Shown piece by piece: positions 1 through 9,538 of a stretch of DNA of 64,000 bases. Made by a program: the position numbers and the translations under genes. The first letter of the stretch is position 1, and each line of letters begins with the position of its first letter. The stretch is from a virus: positions 3,247 through 67,246 of the IMG/VR virus record IMGVR_UViG_3300020581_000002; one strand, 5' to 3'. The notes under the pieces are model-generated. The model was given only the letters and a program-made list of their open reading frames with translations. It made no database searches and had not been told where the DNA came from.

Positions 1-744
1 GGGGTTGGTGCAGAGCAGGCCGGTAAGCGAGCCCGACGCGCCGATCGTGAACGTAATGGTGCCGAGGGTGATGCCCGTCACGAGGTTCGGATCGGTCGGG
101 TTCGGCAAACACACCGCGTTGAACGTCGTACCGGTGTAGCCGGCGCCCGGATTGGTGAAAGTGAAGCCGCTGACGGTCCCGCCCGAGATCGTCGCGTAAC
201 CCGACGCCGCGATGCCACCGACGCCGTTCGGGTTCGATCCCGCCGGCGGCGGCGAAGGAATCATCACGATCGGCGGCACACCATAGCCAGCACCCGCATT
301 AGCGGTCACGATCGTCGCCGTGTTCATTGACAACTGGCCACCAACAATCGGCTGCCACGTCGAACCGCCGCCGCCGGTCACCGCGACCGTGGTCGATGCT
401 TGCACGTAGCCCGAACCGGGCGCAATGATCACGCCCCACACCGGACAGCCAAGCCGGTTGGAGATGCGCAGGTTGAAGCCGTCACTCTTGACGTAATAGA
501 GCCCGTCATTCCACGCCGCGGCGGCAGCCATCACCCACACGCCGGTGACGGGGTCGAGGAACTCCAATGTGAGGTACGAGCCAAGCGATATCGCCCACGT
601 ACCCGCAGGGATCGGGATCTGGTCGCCGGCATTCAGCGTGATCTTGTTGCTCGGCGCATCCAGCGGAGCGTTTTGCAGCTCGCTGGGATACAAATTCTGC
701 GGCAACTGAAAGCCAAGGCCGGGACCTGACAGGGGAGCGGACAC
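1..744 (-). CDS. Virion structural protein (possible capsid decoration/minor head protein), truncated by window start
   Basis: Not in ORF track. GTG at 744 after AAGGAGG; open frame VSAPLSGPGLGFQLPQNLYP... with Gly/Thr-rich GSGY/GAGY repeats runs to base 1; directly downstream of the capsid gene. Confidence 0.7.
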   Translation of the reverse strand, partial: MSAPLSGPGLGFQLPQNLYPSELQNAPLDAPSNKITLNAGDQIPIPAGTWAISLGSYLTLEFLDPVTGVWVMAAAAAWNDGLYYVKSDGFNLRISNRLGCPVWGVIIAPGSGYVQASTTVAVTGGGGSTWQPIVGGQLSMNTATIVTANAGAGYGVPPIVMIPSPPPAGSNPNGVGGIAASGYATISGGTVSGFTFTNPGAGYTGTTFNAVCLPNPTDPNLVTGITLGTITFTIGASGSLTGLLCTNP

Positions 745-756
745 TGGCTAACCTCC

Positions 757-1809
757 TTAGAACGAAGCGCTGAGCGGGGACAGATTATAGCCCCAGAAAC
801 CCGAGCTGGACTTGGCCGACACGTAGTCGTAGCCAACCACCACGACGCCCTGCTGCCCGATCTGCCCGAGCGGCACCAGCGAGTAGAAGCCAGAGAAGTC
901 GAACGCGGCGTCCTCCGACAGGTACATCGCCGTGTACTTGACGTTGACCCCGAACACGTTGCCCTGCGGCACGAAGTGGTCGGCGAAAATCGGCACGCCC
1001 GACACAATGAGGTTCGGGAACGACGACCTGATCTCGATGTCCTTGCTGCCGGCCCCCGACATGCCGGGATAGACGACCTGCTGCTCGTTCCCGATAAAGT
1101 CCTTATTGAGCGTCGCGTAATCGCCAGGCGCCATGACCACGAAAGTCGGCGCTTCGCCACCCGCGTTATTCGTGACGTAGGCGAGCAGCGTGGACATGGT
1201 CGAACGGGTGAAGCCGATCGTGCCGAGGTTGAACGTGCCCGACCCGAGGTTGATGTACTGGCCCTTAAAGGCCGAATTGCCCGCAGCCGTGCGCGAGATG
1301 CCCCCGTAGGTCGGGAAGTTGGTCCCGTCGTCGAACGCATCCTGCATGCTGTTCGGAAACAGCGGGTTCGACGAGTTGTTCGTGAACGACAGCCGCGCCA
1401 TGTTCTGACGCGTCACCGCAAATACGTCGTTCATGCGCGCCTTGAGAAGACTGATCTCGCGATCGGTCGCCTGCAGCACCGTCTCGCCAAAGGGGAGCGG
1501 CACGGGCACGACCCAATAAGCGAGATTCCACTGGCCGTTTTGAACACCGGGCGTGATAACGGGACTGTTGAAGCCGCCGCCGTAGCCAGTAAATTGACCC
1601 TGTACCATGCTTTGTCCTTGCATTGGTACAGTAATCTGGTTGAGACCGCCGGCCGCACGCTGCGCGTTGCCGGTCATGTAAAAGAGGAAGGGGCTTCCAA
1701 AGTAAATTTGAACGAAAAGTCTGGGCACAAACGCCCTTCTCATAACAGCCGAAAGCTCGTTATAAAGGCTGCCCGCCGCTGGCGCGACGCCAATACCAGG
1801 AAGTGGCAA
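757..1809 (-). CDS. Major capsid protein (HK97 fold presumed)
   Basis: 350 aa; TTG start with AGGAGG; follows a scaffold-like gene; contains YGGISR and GVPIFADHFVP...VNVKY segments typical of phage capsids. Confidence 0.85.
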   Translation of the reverse strand: MPLPGIGVAPAAGSLYNELSAVMRRAFVPRLFVQIYFGSPFLFYMTGNAQRAAGGLNQITVPMQGQSMVQGQFTGYGGGFNSPVITPGVQNGQWNLAYWVVPVPLPFGETVLQATDREISLLKARMNDVFAVTRQNMARLSFTNNSSNPLFPNSMQDAFDDGTNFPTYGGISRTAAGNSAFKGQYINLGSGTFNLGTIGFTRSTMSTLLAYVTNNAGGEAPTFVVMAPGDYATLNKDFIGNEQQVVYPGMSGAGSKDIEIRSSFPNLIVSGVPIFADHFVPQGNVFGVNVKYTAMYLSEDAAFDFSGFYSLVPLGQIGQQGVVVVGYDYVSAKSSSGFWGYNLSPLSASF

Positions 1810-1823
1810 ACTAGCCTCCTACG

Positions 1824-2420
1824 TTAGCGTCGCGCTTGTCCGCGAATCTCGCTCAACGCTTCGCGCGCGAGCTTGTCCACCACGAGCGTTGACTGGCCCT
1901 GCGACTCGATGAGCTTCTTAAGGTCCACTTGGTCGTCAGCCGGCGGCGCGAGGAAATCCCACGGTCCCGAACTAGCGCTGGTCGCGACCGGCGTCTGCGG
2001 CGGATGCTCGCGAAGGAAGTGAGCCCAAGCAATCTTCGGCTTGGTGATACCCTCCTCCTCCATAATCTTGCGCACAGCTGCTTCGCCCTCAGCAAGCAGG
2101 CCGTGGTTCCGACGCAAATCTTCAAAGTCACGCTCGATGCCAGCACTCAGGTCAGAGAGCTTCTTCTCCTGCTCGCGCGCTGCCTTCTCGTCGGCGAGCT
2201 GCTTCTTCAGTTCCTCGACAGAGGTTTGGAGCGGCGCCACGCGCTGCTCAAGCGGATCAGGCTGATCCAGCTCGGGGATCTCGGCTTTGGGATCGAACGC
2301 CTTGTTGGCCTCAAGCAGCTTGCGCCGCGCGACGGGATTCTTCATCCACGCACCGATCTGCTCACGCAGCTTGCGGTTAGCGCGAACTTCCTCCTCGTCC
2401 ACTTCGATAAGCGCCATCAC
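1824..2420 (-). CDS. Capsid scaffolding protein
   Basis: 198 aa, charged coiled-coil, immediately upstream of the capsid gene. Confidence 0.65.
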   Translation of the reverse strand: MMALIEVDEEEVRANRKLREQIGAWMKNPVARRKLLEANKAFDPKAEIPELDQPDPLEQRVAPLQTSVEELKKQLADEKAAREQEKKLSDLSAGIERDFEDLRRNHGLLAEGEAAVRKIMEEEGITKPKIAWAHFLREHPPQTPVATSASSGPWDFLAPPADDQVDLKKLIESQGQSTLVVDKLAREALSEIRGQARR

Positions 2421-2596
2421 TTGGTTCCGATGCTGCTACCCGCGTTCGGGATGTGGGAGATGGTCATGGCGGGCGACGACGCCTGCGCCGGCAAGTGCGA
2501 CTTGCGTCCCTGAATGTCATCCGACTCCATATCGACGCGCACGATCTGCTCGTCCGACTTGGGGATCGACTTGGCGGAATTGTGAAAAAGGTCCAT
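2417..2596 (-). CDS. Small head-operon protein (59 aa, MDLFHNSAKSIPKS...)
   Basis: Read manually; ATG overlaps the upstream stop, TGA overlaps the scaffold start, AGGAG upstream. Confidence 0.6.
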   Translation of the reverse strand: MDLFHNSAKSIPKSDEQIVRVDMESDDIQGRKSHLPAQASSPAMTISHIPNAGSSIGTK

Positions 2597-2793
2597 TAGG
2601 ATCTCCTATGTAAGTCCTCAACAAAAGCTGCTTTCAGCCGAAGCGCATCAGCGCAATTAGCCCCATCATTTTTCGAAAGATGGATAGTCCGATTGCTAAT
2701 TCCACGACGCTCGATACGTGCAGCGAGCGCCAGCAACTCCTCAACTTCGTGTTGCGAAGGACGCGGCAACAAGACCTCTCCCTCAATAAGCAT
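2596..2793 (-). CDS. Hypothetical protein (MLIEGEVLLP...)
   Basis: ORF track 2596..2823 trimmed to the ATG at 2793; coupled to both neighbours. Confidence 0.5.
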   Translation of the reverse strand: MLIEGEVLLPRPSQHEVEELLALAARIERRGISNRTIHLSKNDGANCADALRLKAAFVEDLHRRS

Positions 2794-2956
2794 GACCCTT
2801 CCTCGGCCTCGCGACGTGTTCAACCGATCGGCCGGACAAATGCTGTTCGCCGGACAAGAGCGGTGTGCCGGGCAGCGTGTCCTCGCGCACCATGGCGGTC
2901 GCCGTGTTCTCGTACTTGGACGGCATCTCGTCCTTGCACTTGAAAATGTCGGTCAT
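2783..2956 (-). CDS. Small head-operon protein (57 aa, MTDIFKCKDEMPSK...)
   Basis: Read manually; ATGA overlap with the upstream gene. Confidence 0.55.
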   Translation of the reverse strand: MTDIFKCKDEMPSKYENTATAMVREDTLPGTPLLSGEQHLSGRSVEHVARPRKGHAY

Positions 2957-3330
2957 GCAGCCATCCCTTGCTGCCCAGCCTGCTGGCCCCCGGCGCCGCC
3001 CTGCTTGAGCGCCTGCATCTGCTGATTCGCCTGGGTAGCGCGCATCATGGTGTTCTCAGCCATGCTCTTCTGCCCAGCCGGCGTCACCGACCCAGGCGGC
3101 ACGTGCTTGGCGAGCGAGCCGAGCGCCTTGAGCACCGCGGCGCCCACCTCGGACGTGGCGCCGAGCATCGGGACGAGTTGCTGAAGCTGTTCGACGATCA
3201 TGCCAAGTTTCTGGAGTCCGGCGGCCTCGTACCCCTTATTGGGTGTCGGGCCCGTCGCCGACGACACGCCCATGGGGGGAGCTTGCGCTTGAGCGCCGCC
3301 GGGCATTCCAGCTTGCGGGGTGACGGGCAC
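2953..3330 (-). CDS. Hypothetical Gly/Gln/Met-rich head-module protein
   Basis: 125 aa ORF in the capsid operon. Confidence 0.7.
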   Translation of the reverse strand: MPVTPQAGMPGGAQAQAPPMGVSSATGPTPNKGYEAAGLQKLGMIVEQLQQLVPMLGATSEVGAAVLKALGSLAKHVPPGSVTPAGQKSMAENTMMRATQANQQMQALKQGGAGGQQAGQQGMAA

Positions 3331-3345
3331 TGTGTGGCAGCCTGT

Positions 3346-3390
3346 TTACTTGCGCCGGCCGCGTCGCCCACGCCGATTGTACGTCAGCAT
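3346..3390 (-). CDS. 14-aa Arg-rich micropeptide MLTYNRRGRRGRRK
   Basis: AGGAGAG shortly upstream of ATG, TAA stop; first ORF of the capsid operon. Confidence 0.5.
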   Translation of the reverse strand: MLTYNRRGRRGRRK

Positions 3391-3515
3391 AGTGACTCTC
3401 CTGGTTGCGCGTGGAACTATTCCCACGGTTACGCTCAAGAATCCTCGCTGCCCTTGTGAATCTCAATAGACTTTGTTATGGAAGTTCTAGGAGCTATCAG
3501 GACATCCTTGCGCGC

Positions 3516-3713
3516 ATGCCATCCATAGACCAATTCCTCGATGTCAGAGACTGCGCCAGGATACTCAAAATGAGCACGCGATTCGTCTATCTTGCACTGC
3601 GTTCAGGGCGAGGACCGCGCTACCAGCGTTGGGGAGGCGAAAGAGGCCGCTACCGGATACGCTACTCCGACCTGATGCGATGGGCGCAAAGACCAAACGG
3701 AAAGGAACGCTGA
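3516..3713 (+). CDS. HTH_17/excisionase-like DNA-binding protein
   Basis: FLDVRDCARILKMSTRFVY...GPRY...RIRYSDLMRW pattern; ATG at 3516. Confidence 0.75.
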   Translation: MPSIDQFLDVRDCARILKMSTRFVYLALRSGRGPRYQRWGGERGRYRIRYSDLMRWAQRPNGKER

Positions 3714-4063
3714 TGTACTGCCTCACCATCTGCTTCGGACCGGCGGCTACGACGTGGGCGCTGATGTTCAAAACGGAAGAAAAAGCGATCCAAGCACTGC
3801 AATTTGTCAACGAGCATGTGGACGGCAACTTCACTGACGATTTTGGTCAGACAATCGCGCTAAAAACATCCGAACTTCACGGCGTCATGCTCGAAGACCT
3901 CGGCCTCAGCAAGCTCGCTCACATCGAGCGCGCACTCCACCAGGCGCGCATGCAAGCCGAAGGGCAAAAAATGGCGCAGACCGACCCGGCGCTCATGCAC
4001 GCCGCGCGAGGACCGAACATCATCTCGCCGATGATGGGAGGCAATGGGAGATTTCCAACTTGA
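3713..4063 (+). CDS. Hypothetical protein (MYCLTICFG...)
   Basis: TGATG coupling to the HTH gene, AAGGA upstream. Confidence 0.7.
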   Translation: MYCLTICFGPAATTWALMFKTEEKAIQALQFVNEHVDGNFTDDFGQTIALKTSELHGVMLEDLGLSKLAHIERALHQARMQAEGQKMAQTDPALMHAARGPNIISPMMGGNGRFPT

Positions 4064-4157
4064 AAGAGAGGTGATGCCTTTTGAAGACCGGATGCCGACT
4101 CTGCCTAGTGGGCCTAGCCTTTTTCAGTGTACCAACGGTCCATGCCAGTTTTTACGA

Positions 4158-4183
4158 AGCCCCGATACGAAAGTATCGGGGCT
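4158..4183. terminator. Perfect 11-bp hairpin between convergent transcripts
   Basis: AGCCCCGATAC-GAAA-GTATCGGGGCT at the portal stop; no clear U tract. Confidence 0.45.
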
Positions 4184-5906
4184 AGTGCTTCCCTCCTCCC
4201 ACCTGCCGCAGCAACACCTTCTCGCCAACCTCGGGGTGCTCCTGCATGAGCTTCTGCATGAACTGCGCCTTCTCAGCCTTGCGCTCGCGCGCCGCGAGCT
4301 TGGCCGCCTCCTTGTTCGGGTAGTGCATGTTCTCGAGCACGTACTCGTCGTCCACGATCCCCGACTTGTGCGAAGCAAAAATAAGCTGCTCAGTCTCGCT
4401 CGCAAAGATCGGACTGGAGCTGTGACTATCCACCGTCACCCGCCAATCGTCAGGCAGCTCCGACAAGAGAAAGCGCGTCTCTTCACACGATTCAAACGTG
4501 TCGCCATTCGTCCAGTAGAACCGCCCATCCTTCGCCTCCATGATCGACAGCGTGAGATCGGCCGAATCGGCGCACTGCCGCTCCACTAAAAGAGAGCGAT
4601 CGCGCAGTGTCGGCGAAGCCGTCTTGACCAGCGTGTCGGCGTGCACGCCGGCCCGCACGCCAGGCTCGCCCTGCCCGCGCATGATCTCGGGAAACGACCC
4701 CAACTCGTTGATCTTTTGCTCAAGGTGCTGAATCATCGGCAACAGTTCGGACGGAAACTTGGGCGTCAAATCCTTGATGTCTGACCCTGCCCCTTGGTTC
4801 AAATAACCGGCGATCCGCGCCTGCGAGTACAACTCATCCGTCATCCCCGACTCACCAACGAACCCCAAAAACTTGTCTATCTGCTGCCCTATCAAACGTC
4901 GCGCGTCAGCGTACCACTCCGACAGCAAACCCTGCGGCTCAATCAAATCAGTCAGCTCGCTGCGCCCCCAAAACCAGTTCGTCACCTCGTTAGGCTGGAT
5001 TAGACGATAAGGCTGAAGCCGAGAATCCTTGATCAGCAAGTTCGCCCTAGCAAACCGCGGCGCGATGACGATGTCGGGATCGACTACGATGATAGTCGTG
5101 TAATCCTTCTCGTCCTGCACCCATAGCTCGTGGACCTTAACAACCGGCGCCATTACCTGCGGCCCCATGACCGCATAATTCGGATCGTTGCCAAGCTGTA
5201 CGATACCGCCCGGTGCCGGCTGCGTCGCCCCCTGAAGCCCAGTGTTTAGCTGCGACGCCGACAGAACCTGATGAAAGTAACTCGTCATATCCGACATCGA
5301 CGAACCGGTTGTCGCGTGCGCCTTGATGCGGTCGTAAAGCTTGTCCGCGTCCGGCATGTGCCAGATGCGCCGCCACACCTCGGCCAGCGTCATCACGGTC
5401 GTCTCGCACAGCGCGATCTGCTTATTGATGTCGTTCTCAGCCTCGTTGTAGACGCCGAATCGCCACGGCAACACGAGTTTCTGATAGTACCGCGGCGTCT
5501 CCTTCTCGCCCTCAACCTGCACAAACTGCTTGAGAATGGCAGCGCCGTACTTGAGCGCCTCGAACACGCCAAGACCGAACAGGAGGTCCGTGTTGCTACG
5601 ATCCCACTGGCGGGTCAGCACGCGCGCCGCCACCTTCGCCCGCTCCATCTCACGCTTGGGATAAAGGTTCTCGTAGTCCAAATCGAACTTAAGCTCCACG
5701 GGGCTGTAAAGATGCGCCGCCGACCGCTCCAGATGCTGGTGCATCATGTTGACGAGCGACTTGGTCCCGTCGTAACGCCCAGTTTCGGTGATTGCGTTGA
5801 GAAGCCGGCACTGCGCCTCGCGCGAAGCCGCACTCACGCGGCACTGCTCGATCGTCTCGTTGGCAAAAGCGAGCAGTGCGCGCTTCTCGGCGGGAACACG
5901 GAGCAT
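4182..5906 (-). CDS. Portal protein
   Basis: 574 aa downstream of the terminase; ALKYGAAILK, WFWGRSELTDLIEPQ, GSFPEIMRG segments resemble podovirus portals. Confidence 0.8.
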   Translation of the reverse strand: MLRVPAEKRALLAFANETIEQCRVSAASREAQCRLLNAITETGRYDGTKSLVNMMHQHLERSAAHLYSPVELKFDLDYENLYPKREMERAKVAARVLTRQWDRSNTDLLFGLGVFEALKYGAAILKQFVQVEGEKETPRYYQKLVLPWRFGVYNEAENDINKQIALCETTVMTLAEVWRRIWHMPDADKLYDRIKAHATTGSSMSDMTSYFHQVLSASQLNTGLQGATQPAPGGIVQLGNDPNYAVMGPQVMAPVVKVHELWVQDEKDYTTIIVVDPDIVIAPRFARANLLIKDSRLQPYRLIQPNEVTNWFWGRSELTDLIEPQGLLSEWYADARRLIGQQIDKFLGFVGESGMTDELYSQARIAGYLNQGAGSDIKDLTPKFPSELLPMIQHLEQKINELGSFPEIMRGQGEPGVRAGVHADTLVKTASPTLRDRSLLVERQCADSADLTLSIMEAKDGRFYWTNGDTFESCEETRFLLSELPDDWRVTVDSHSSSPIFASETEQLIFASHKSGIVDDEYVLENMHYPNKEAAKLAARERKAEKAQFMQKLMQEHPEVGEKVLLRQVGGGKH

Positions 5907-6460
5907 CAGACGCGCCGCCTATAACCAGGCTGCAACACCTCGTTAGCGGGCAAGTCGCCCACCTTATCCCACCCCATGCGCTCGGCGTGCGCACCACGCA
6001 GCGCAGTCTGCGTGCGCGCACCAGCATTGGGGAACGGACCGCCCGAGACATCGGTGCTGTACTCCAACCCCGCCGAGTAACCCACCTGCGCATTGGGATT
6101 GCGCGCACGGATCGCATCCATGTTCTTCGTAATAACGTTATGAACCACTGGCGCTGCCACATCGCCCTCGTGGCGCGTCGGCGCGAGGTCGGTGATCTTG
6201 AGCCCCGACATCTCGGAAACAGGGACGCCCGCCATCTCAGCCGCCATCTCGGCTCGCCGCTCCGACCCACGCTCCATATCGCGATAGACCTTGTCGCTCG
6301 CCGTCGTCGAGGCGTGGCGAATGAACGGTACGACTATGTCATCGTCGTCCCGATCGTGCCCCACATAGGCGCCACACAGCATGCAGTTCTTGGGCATCCC
6401 CTTACAGGGATCCCACGCGAACTTGCCGCGACAGTCAGGGCAGCGAAGACTGAATGCCAT
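5906..6460 (-). CDS. Zn-ribbon protein between terminase and portal
   Basis: CPDC...CMLC at the N-terminus. Confidence 0.7.
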   Translation of the reverse strand: MAFSLRCPDCRGKFAWDPCKGMPKNCMLCGAYVGHDRDDDDIVVPFIRHASTTASDKVYRDMERGSERRAEMAAEMAGVPVSEMSGLKITDLAPTRHEGDVAAPVVHNVITKNMDAIRARNPNAQVGYSAGLEYSTDVSGGPFPNAGARTQTALRGAHAERMGWDKVGDLPANEVLQPGYRRRV

Positions 6461-6558
6461 TTTAATGACTCCGGTGGCCCGCCGGCTAAACCAAGGTCAC
6501 CCAGGGCTCGATCTCTCCGTGTAGGTAGAGACCCGTAATCCTCAGCGGGCCGCCACAA

Positions 6559-8481
6559 TCATCTATAACGCCATGACAACCTCGCCGCCTCCGCCTGCTG
6601 GCGCACTCTTGCGCGCTGCTTCTCGGCGAAGAACGCCTCCAGCTTGTTCTTGTTGAACAATTGCAGAGCCCCCTGCATTGTCAAGGCCCGCCGCGCCGCC
6701 TCCGCCTCGCGCGTGAGCTTGCGCATGATCAGGTTCTTCCTGATCTCCTTCTGCCAATAATACACCATCAGGGCCGCAGAAACAGCCCGGTCGTCCTTCT
6801 TACCGCTCGGCGCCTCGATCGTGTCGCCGTCCTGCGCGAGCGTGCGCATCTCTTCGATGAGGTCGGTCGATCGCACGCGGAACAACCCCGAAATCACGTA
6901 GTCCCGCAAGTGGTTCATGTACATGACTTTGAGATTAGTGTTAGTCTTCATGTGCCAGTTCTGGCCCGCCGCCATCCCGTCCGGCCGTGTGTAGATGAAC
7001 GTGCGCACGTTGCGGAATATATTCTTAAGCCCCTTCTCCTCGATCTCCCGCGACTGGTAGCCATTGTCGATCTGGTGCCGCAAGCTCTTGATCTCGTTGA
7101 ACACCGTCTGACCCGGCCCGTTCAGCTCCAGCACATAGCGCACCTCAGCCTTCTCGGACCCACCATACCAGCCCATGATCGCCGCGAGCATCCACGCAAA
7201 CTGCTGCGGCGTCGGGTGCGGCGAAGCGAACTCGGCCACCTGATCGATGCCATCGGCGTAGCAACGCCCCACCTCGATCGAGGAGCGATCATTGTGCTCG
7301 TTTTCCCCGAACGCGGTATCGACGCCGAGACAATAGACGCCCTCGGGATCAGGCTCCTCCCACACCTTCATCTCGGTCAGCTTCACGGAGTTCGTCCGGT
7401 GCACCATCATCCGGGAAAACTCGTCGCCGGGCGTAAAGTGATAGCGATCGAAGCGGTCGGAGGCGGAGTAATGGTACTGCGCCGTGAGCTTGTCGGCTGG
7501 AATAAACTGCGAACCCGTGATCTGAAACGCCTCGTCCTCGGTCCACGGCTGCTCCTGGATGCGAGTCGTCGAACCCTCGTACTCGGTTGTCGTGTCGGAA
7601 TCCGTCTCATAGACAGCCGTCGGATCCATCTTGCGCCTGATCCAGGCAAGCTGCTCCTGCGTAATCTCGTGCCCGTACAACTCGCGTACCAGCCTGATCT
7701 TGGCGACCTCGCGCTCAGTTGGCACCTGCGCGCCATAGCGCAGGAAGTCGGGATCGTCGCGACCAATGCACTGGCTAGGCTTAGACCACCACCCGAGGAA
7801 CACGCAGCAACAATGCGCCTTGTCCCTACGCGCCTCCTCCCACATATCCTGCCACTTGTTGGGACCGCGCGCCGTCGATTCTTTGATATAAAGCCGGTCA
7901 GGGTTCACGTCCGACAGCGACTGCTCGAACGCCTCCAGACCCTCGTCGTTGTCGTAGGAACACAGCTCCGATAAAGTCGCGAAGGCAAGGCCAATCGACC
8001 GCCCCAGCGTACCCGACGACTTGGACTTCTTGACGCCGGCCGACTTGAACAAAATCTTAGAGTTGTTCTCCAGCGTCAGCCCCTCGCGGTTACCCTCGCC
8101 CGCCCCCTTGACGTGAGGAAACTTGATCGATTCAGGCAGGTCGCGGATCATCGCAACCAGCTCCTGGCGGGCATTCTCGCGGTTGGGAGCGGTGTCGAAC
8201 ACCAGCGCGCCAGCAAGCCCGCGGTGAATGCCCAACATGAAGACCGTGAGAGCACGGACGATAGTGGAAATGCCAAGCTGGCGGGACTTCAAGACAAAGA
8301 TGTGGTGAACGTCCCGCTCCAGCGCATCAAAAATCTCGGTAATGAGCTTGATCTGACCGTCGTAAAGGTTCTCGCCAAGACAGATGTGCCCATCGTCCTT
8401 AGAGTCGATGCTGCAGGCGTTGAGGAACTGGTAAAAGGCGGATTCTACAACGTCTCTTTTGCGCTTGGACCATCCTGGCAT
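6559..8481 (-). CDS. terL: Terminase large subunit
   Basis: VLKSRQLGIST Walker A, KESTARG coupling motif, YCLGVDTAFG and KKDDRAVSAAL nuclease motifs; start trimmed to MPGWSK. Confidence 0.92.
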   Translation of the reverse strand: MPGWSKRKRDVVESAFYQFLNACSIDSKDDGHICLGENLYDGQIKLITEIFDALERDVHHIFVLKSRQLGISTIVRALTVFMLGIHRGLAGALVFDTAPNRENARQELVAMIRDLPESIKFPHVKGAGEGNREGLTLENNSKILFKSAGVKKSKSSGTLGRSIGLAFATLSELCSYDNDEGLEAFEQSLSDVNPDRLYIKESTARGPNKWQDMWEEARRDKAHCCCVFLGWWSKPSQCIGRDDPDFLRYGAQVPTEREVAKIRLVRELYGHEITQEQLAWIRRKMDPTAVYETDSDTTTEYEGSTTRIQEQPWTEDEAFQITGSQFIPADKLTAQYHYSASDRFDRYHFTPGDEFSRMMVHRTNSVKLTEMKVWEEPDPEGVYCLGVDTAFGENEHNDRSSIEVGRCYADGIDQVAEFASPHPTPQQFAWMLAAIMGWYGGSEKAEVRYVLELNGPGQTVFNEIKSLRHQIDNGYQSREIEEKGLKNIFRNVRTFIYTRPDGMAAGQNWHMKTNTNLKVMYMNHLRDYVISGLFRVRSTDLIEEMRTLAQDGDTIEAPSGKKDDRAVSAALMVYYWQKEIRKNLIMRKLTREAEAARRALTMQGALQLFNKNKLEAFFAEKQRARVRQQAEAARLSWRYR

Positions 8482-8581
8482 CAGGCAATCATATAGACTA
8501 CCCACATCAAAGCAACAACAGTGGCTCCTATCCACCAGCCCCAAAAGAATCCTTCCGCCCACATCGGATCGATACGAATTT

Positions 8582-8851
8582 TCATCGCCTCAAAAACCCC
8601 GCCTGACTTTGCCGCTGCTGCGCATCAAGCACCTGCAACTCCGCGTCGCACTTAGCCTTGAGCATAAGCCAAAACGTCATCCCGTCCTGCCGCGCGTCGA
8701 GGATGACGGTCGCGATCGGGTTGCCGCAATCCTTCGGGGGCACCACGACGAACGCGCCGCCAAAGCCGGAGGCCACGTTGCGGTCGATCTCCTCGGCAAC
8801 GCGGAGAAAAAACTCCGCGTTGGAGGGAGGCTTGGGCTGCTCGTCAGCCAC
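8582..8851 (-). CDS. Hypothetical protein
   Basis: 89 aa ORF, co-oriented with neighbours. Confidence 0.65.
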   Translation of the reverse strand: MADEQPKPPSNAEFFLRVAEEIDRNVASGFGGAFVVVPPKDCGNPIATVILDARQDGMTFWLMLKAKCDAELQVLDAQQRQSQAGFLRR

Positions 8852-8854
8852 GAA

Positions 8855-9211
8855 CTAGGGACCGGGGCTAGCTGGCACGGGCTGCGAAACGTGCGTAGCG
8901 TCAGCCGTATCAAGCACGATGTTAGTCGGCGTCACGTCTTGCACAATGTCTACAACCAGCGTCACTATCTTCAAACCGGACGTATCAGACACAGTGACCG
9001 TGATCCCCGGCGATACCTGCACGAGCGGCGTGAGAACAATGGCGGGATTACCACCCTTGTCCGTCCCAACCGCAGCACCGAGGCTAGCCGGCTTACTGGA
9101 AGTTACCGAGAACACGTCCCCGGTCGGAACCGGCTCGGTTGTACCAGCCGTGTTCTGAGTCTTGATCGTGATGGTATCGATCTCGTCGTTCGGCAGCTCG
9201 TAGTTCGGCAT
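8855..9211 (-). CDS. Beta-rich (Ig-like) protein, possibly structural
   Basis: Thr/Val-rich; AAGGAAAG before MPNYEL; an alternative in-frame ATG lies at 9313. Confidence 0.6.
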   Translation of the reverse strand: MPNYELPNDEIDTITIKTQNTAGTTEPVPTGDVFSVTSSKPASLGAAVGTDKGGNPAIVLTPLVQVSPGITVTVSDTSGLKIVTLVVDIVQDVTPTNIVLDTADATHVSQPVPASPGP

Positions 9212-9322
9212 CAGCTTTCCTTTCTTGGTTTGACGCGTTGGCAATTCAAGCCCTATAACGGTAGGCTTGTGGTAAAACATGTACAGAGCTTCAACCAGTT
9301 GCTGAAAAGCCATGAACGCTTT

Positions 9323-9538
9323 TTACCTCACATAGCGGTGCGAATAAACGTTCTTGACCTGCGCATTGAGCGCCTGCCCCACCGACGGCGCGTTCGCGAT
9401 CTGCACAGCAAGCTCCTCGGCCACGCCCACGTAGGCGCTGACACGACCACTCTGCCACGTCACGAGAAGCTCGTTTGAGTCACTGTCGTAACCAACCTCG
9501 GCGACGTGGGAGGAATAGACCGGCTGGGTCCAGCTCAT
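9323..9538 (-). CDS. KTSC domain protein
   Basis: SSHVAEVGYD...LLVTWQSG..Y.GV...APSVG..LNAQVK..Y motif. Confidence 0.85.
   Translation of the reverse strand: MSWTQPVYSSHVAEVGYDSDSNELLVTWQSGRVSAYVGVAEELAVQIANAPSVGQALNAQVKNVYSHRYVR

Noticed and set aside
6661-7974. Long antisense ORFs (also 10735-11829, 21945-22820, 54290-55252 and others)
   Set aside because: Shadow frames of GC-rich genes, with no RBS or recognisable motifs.
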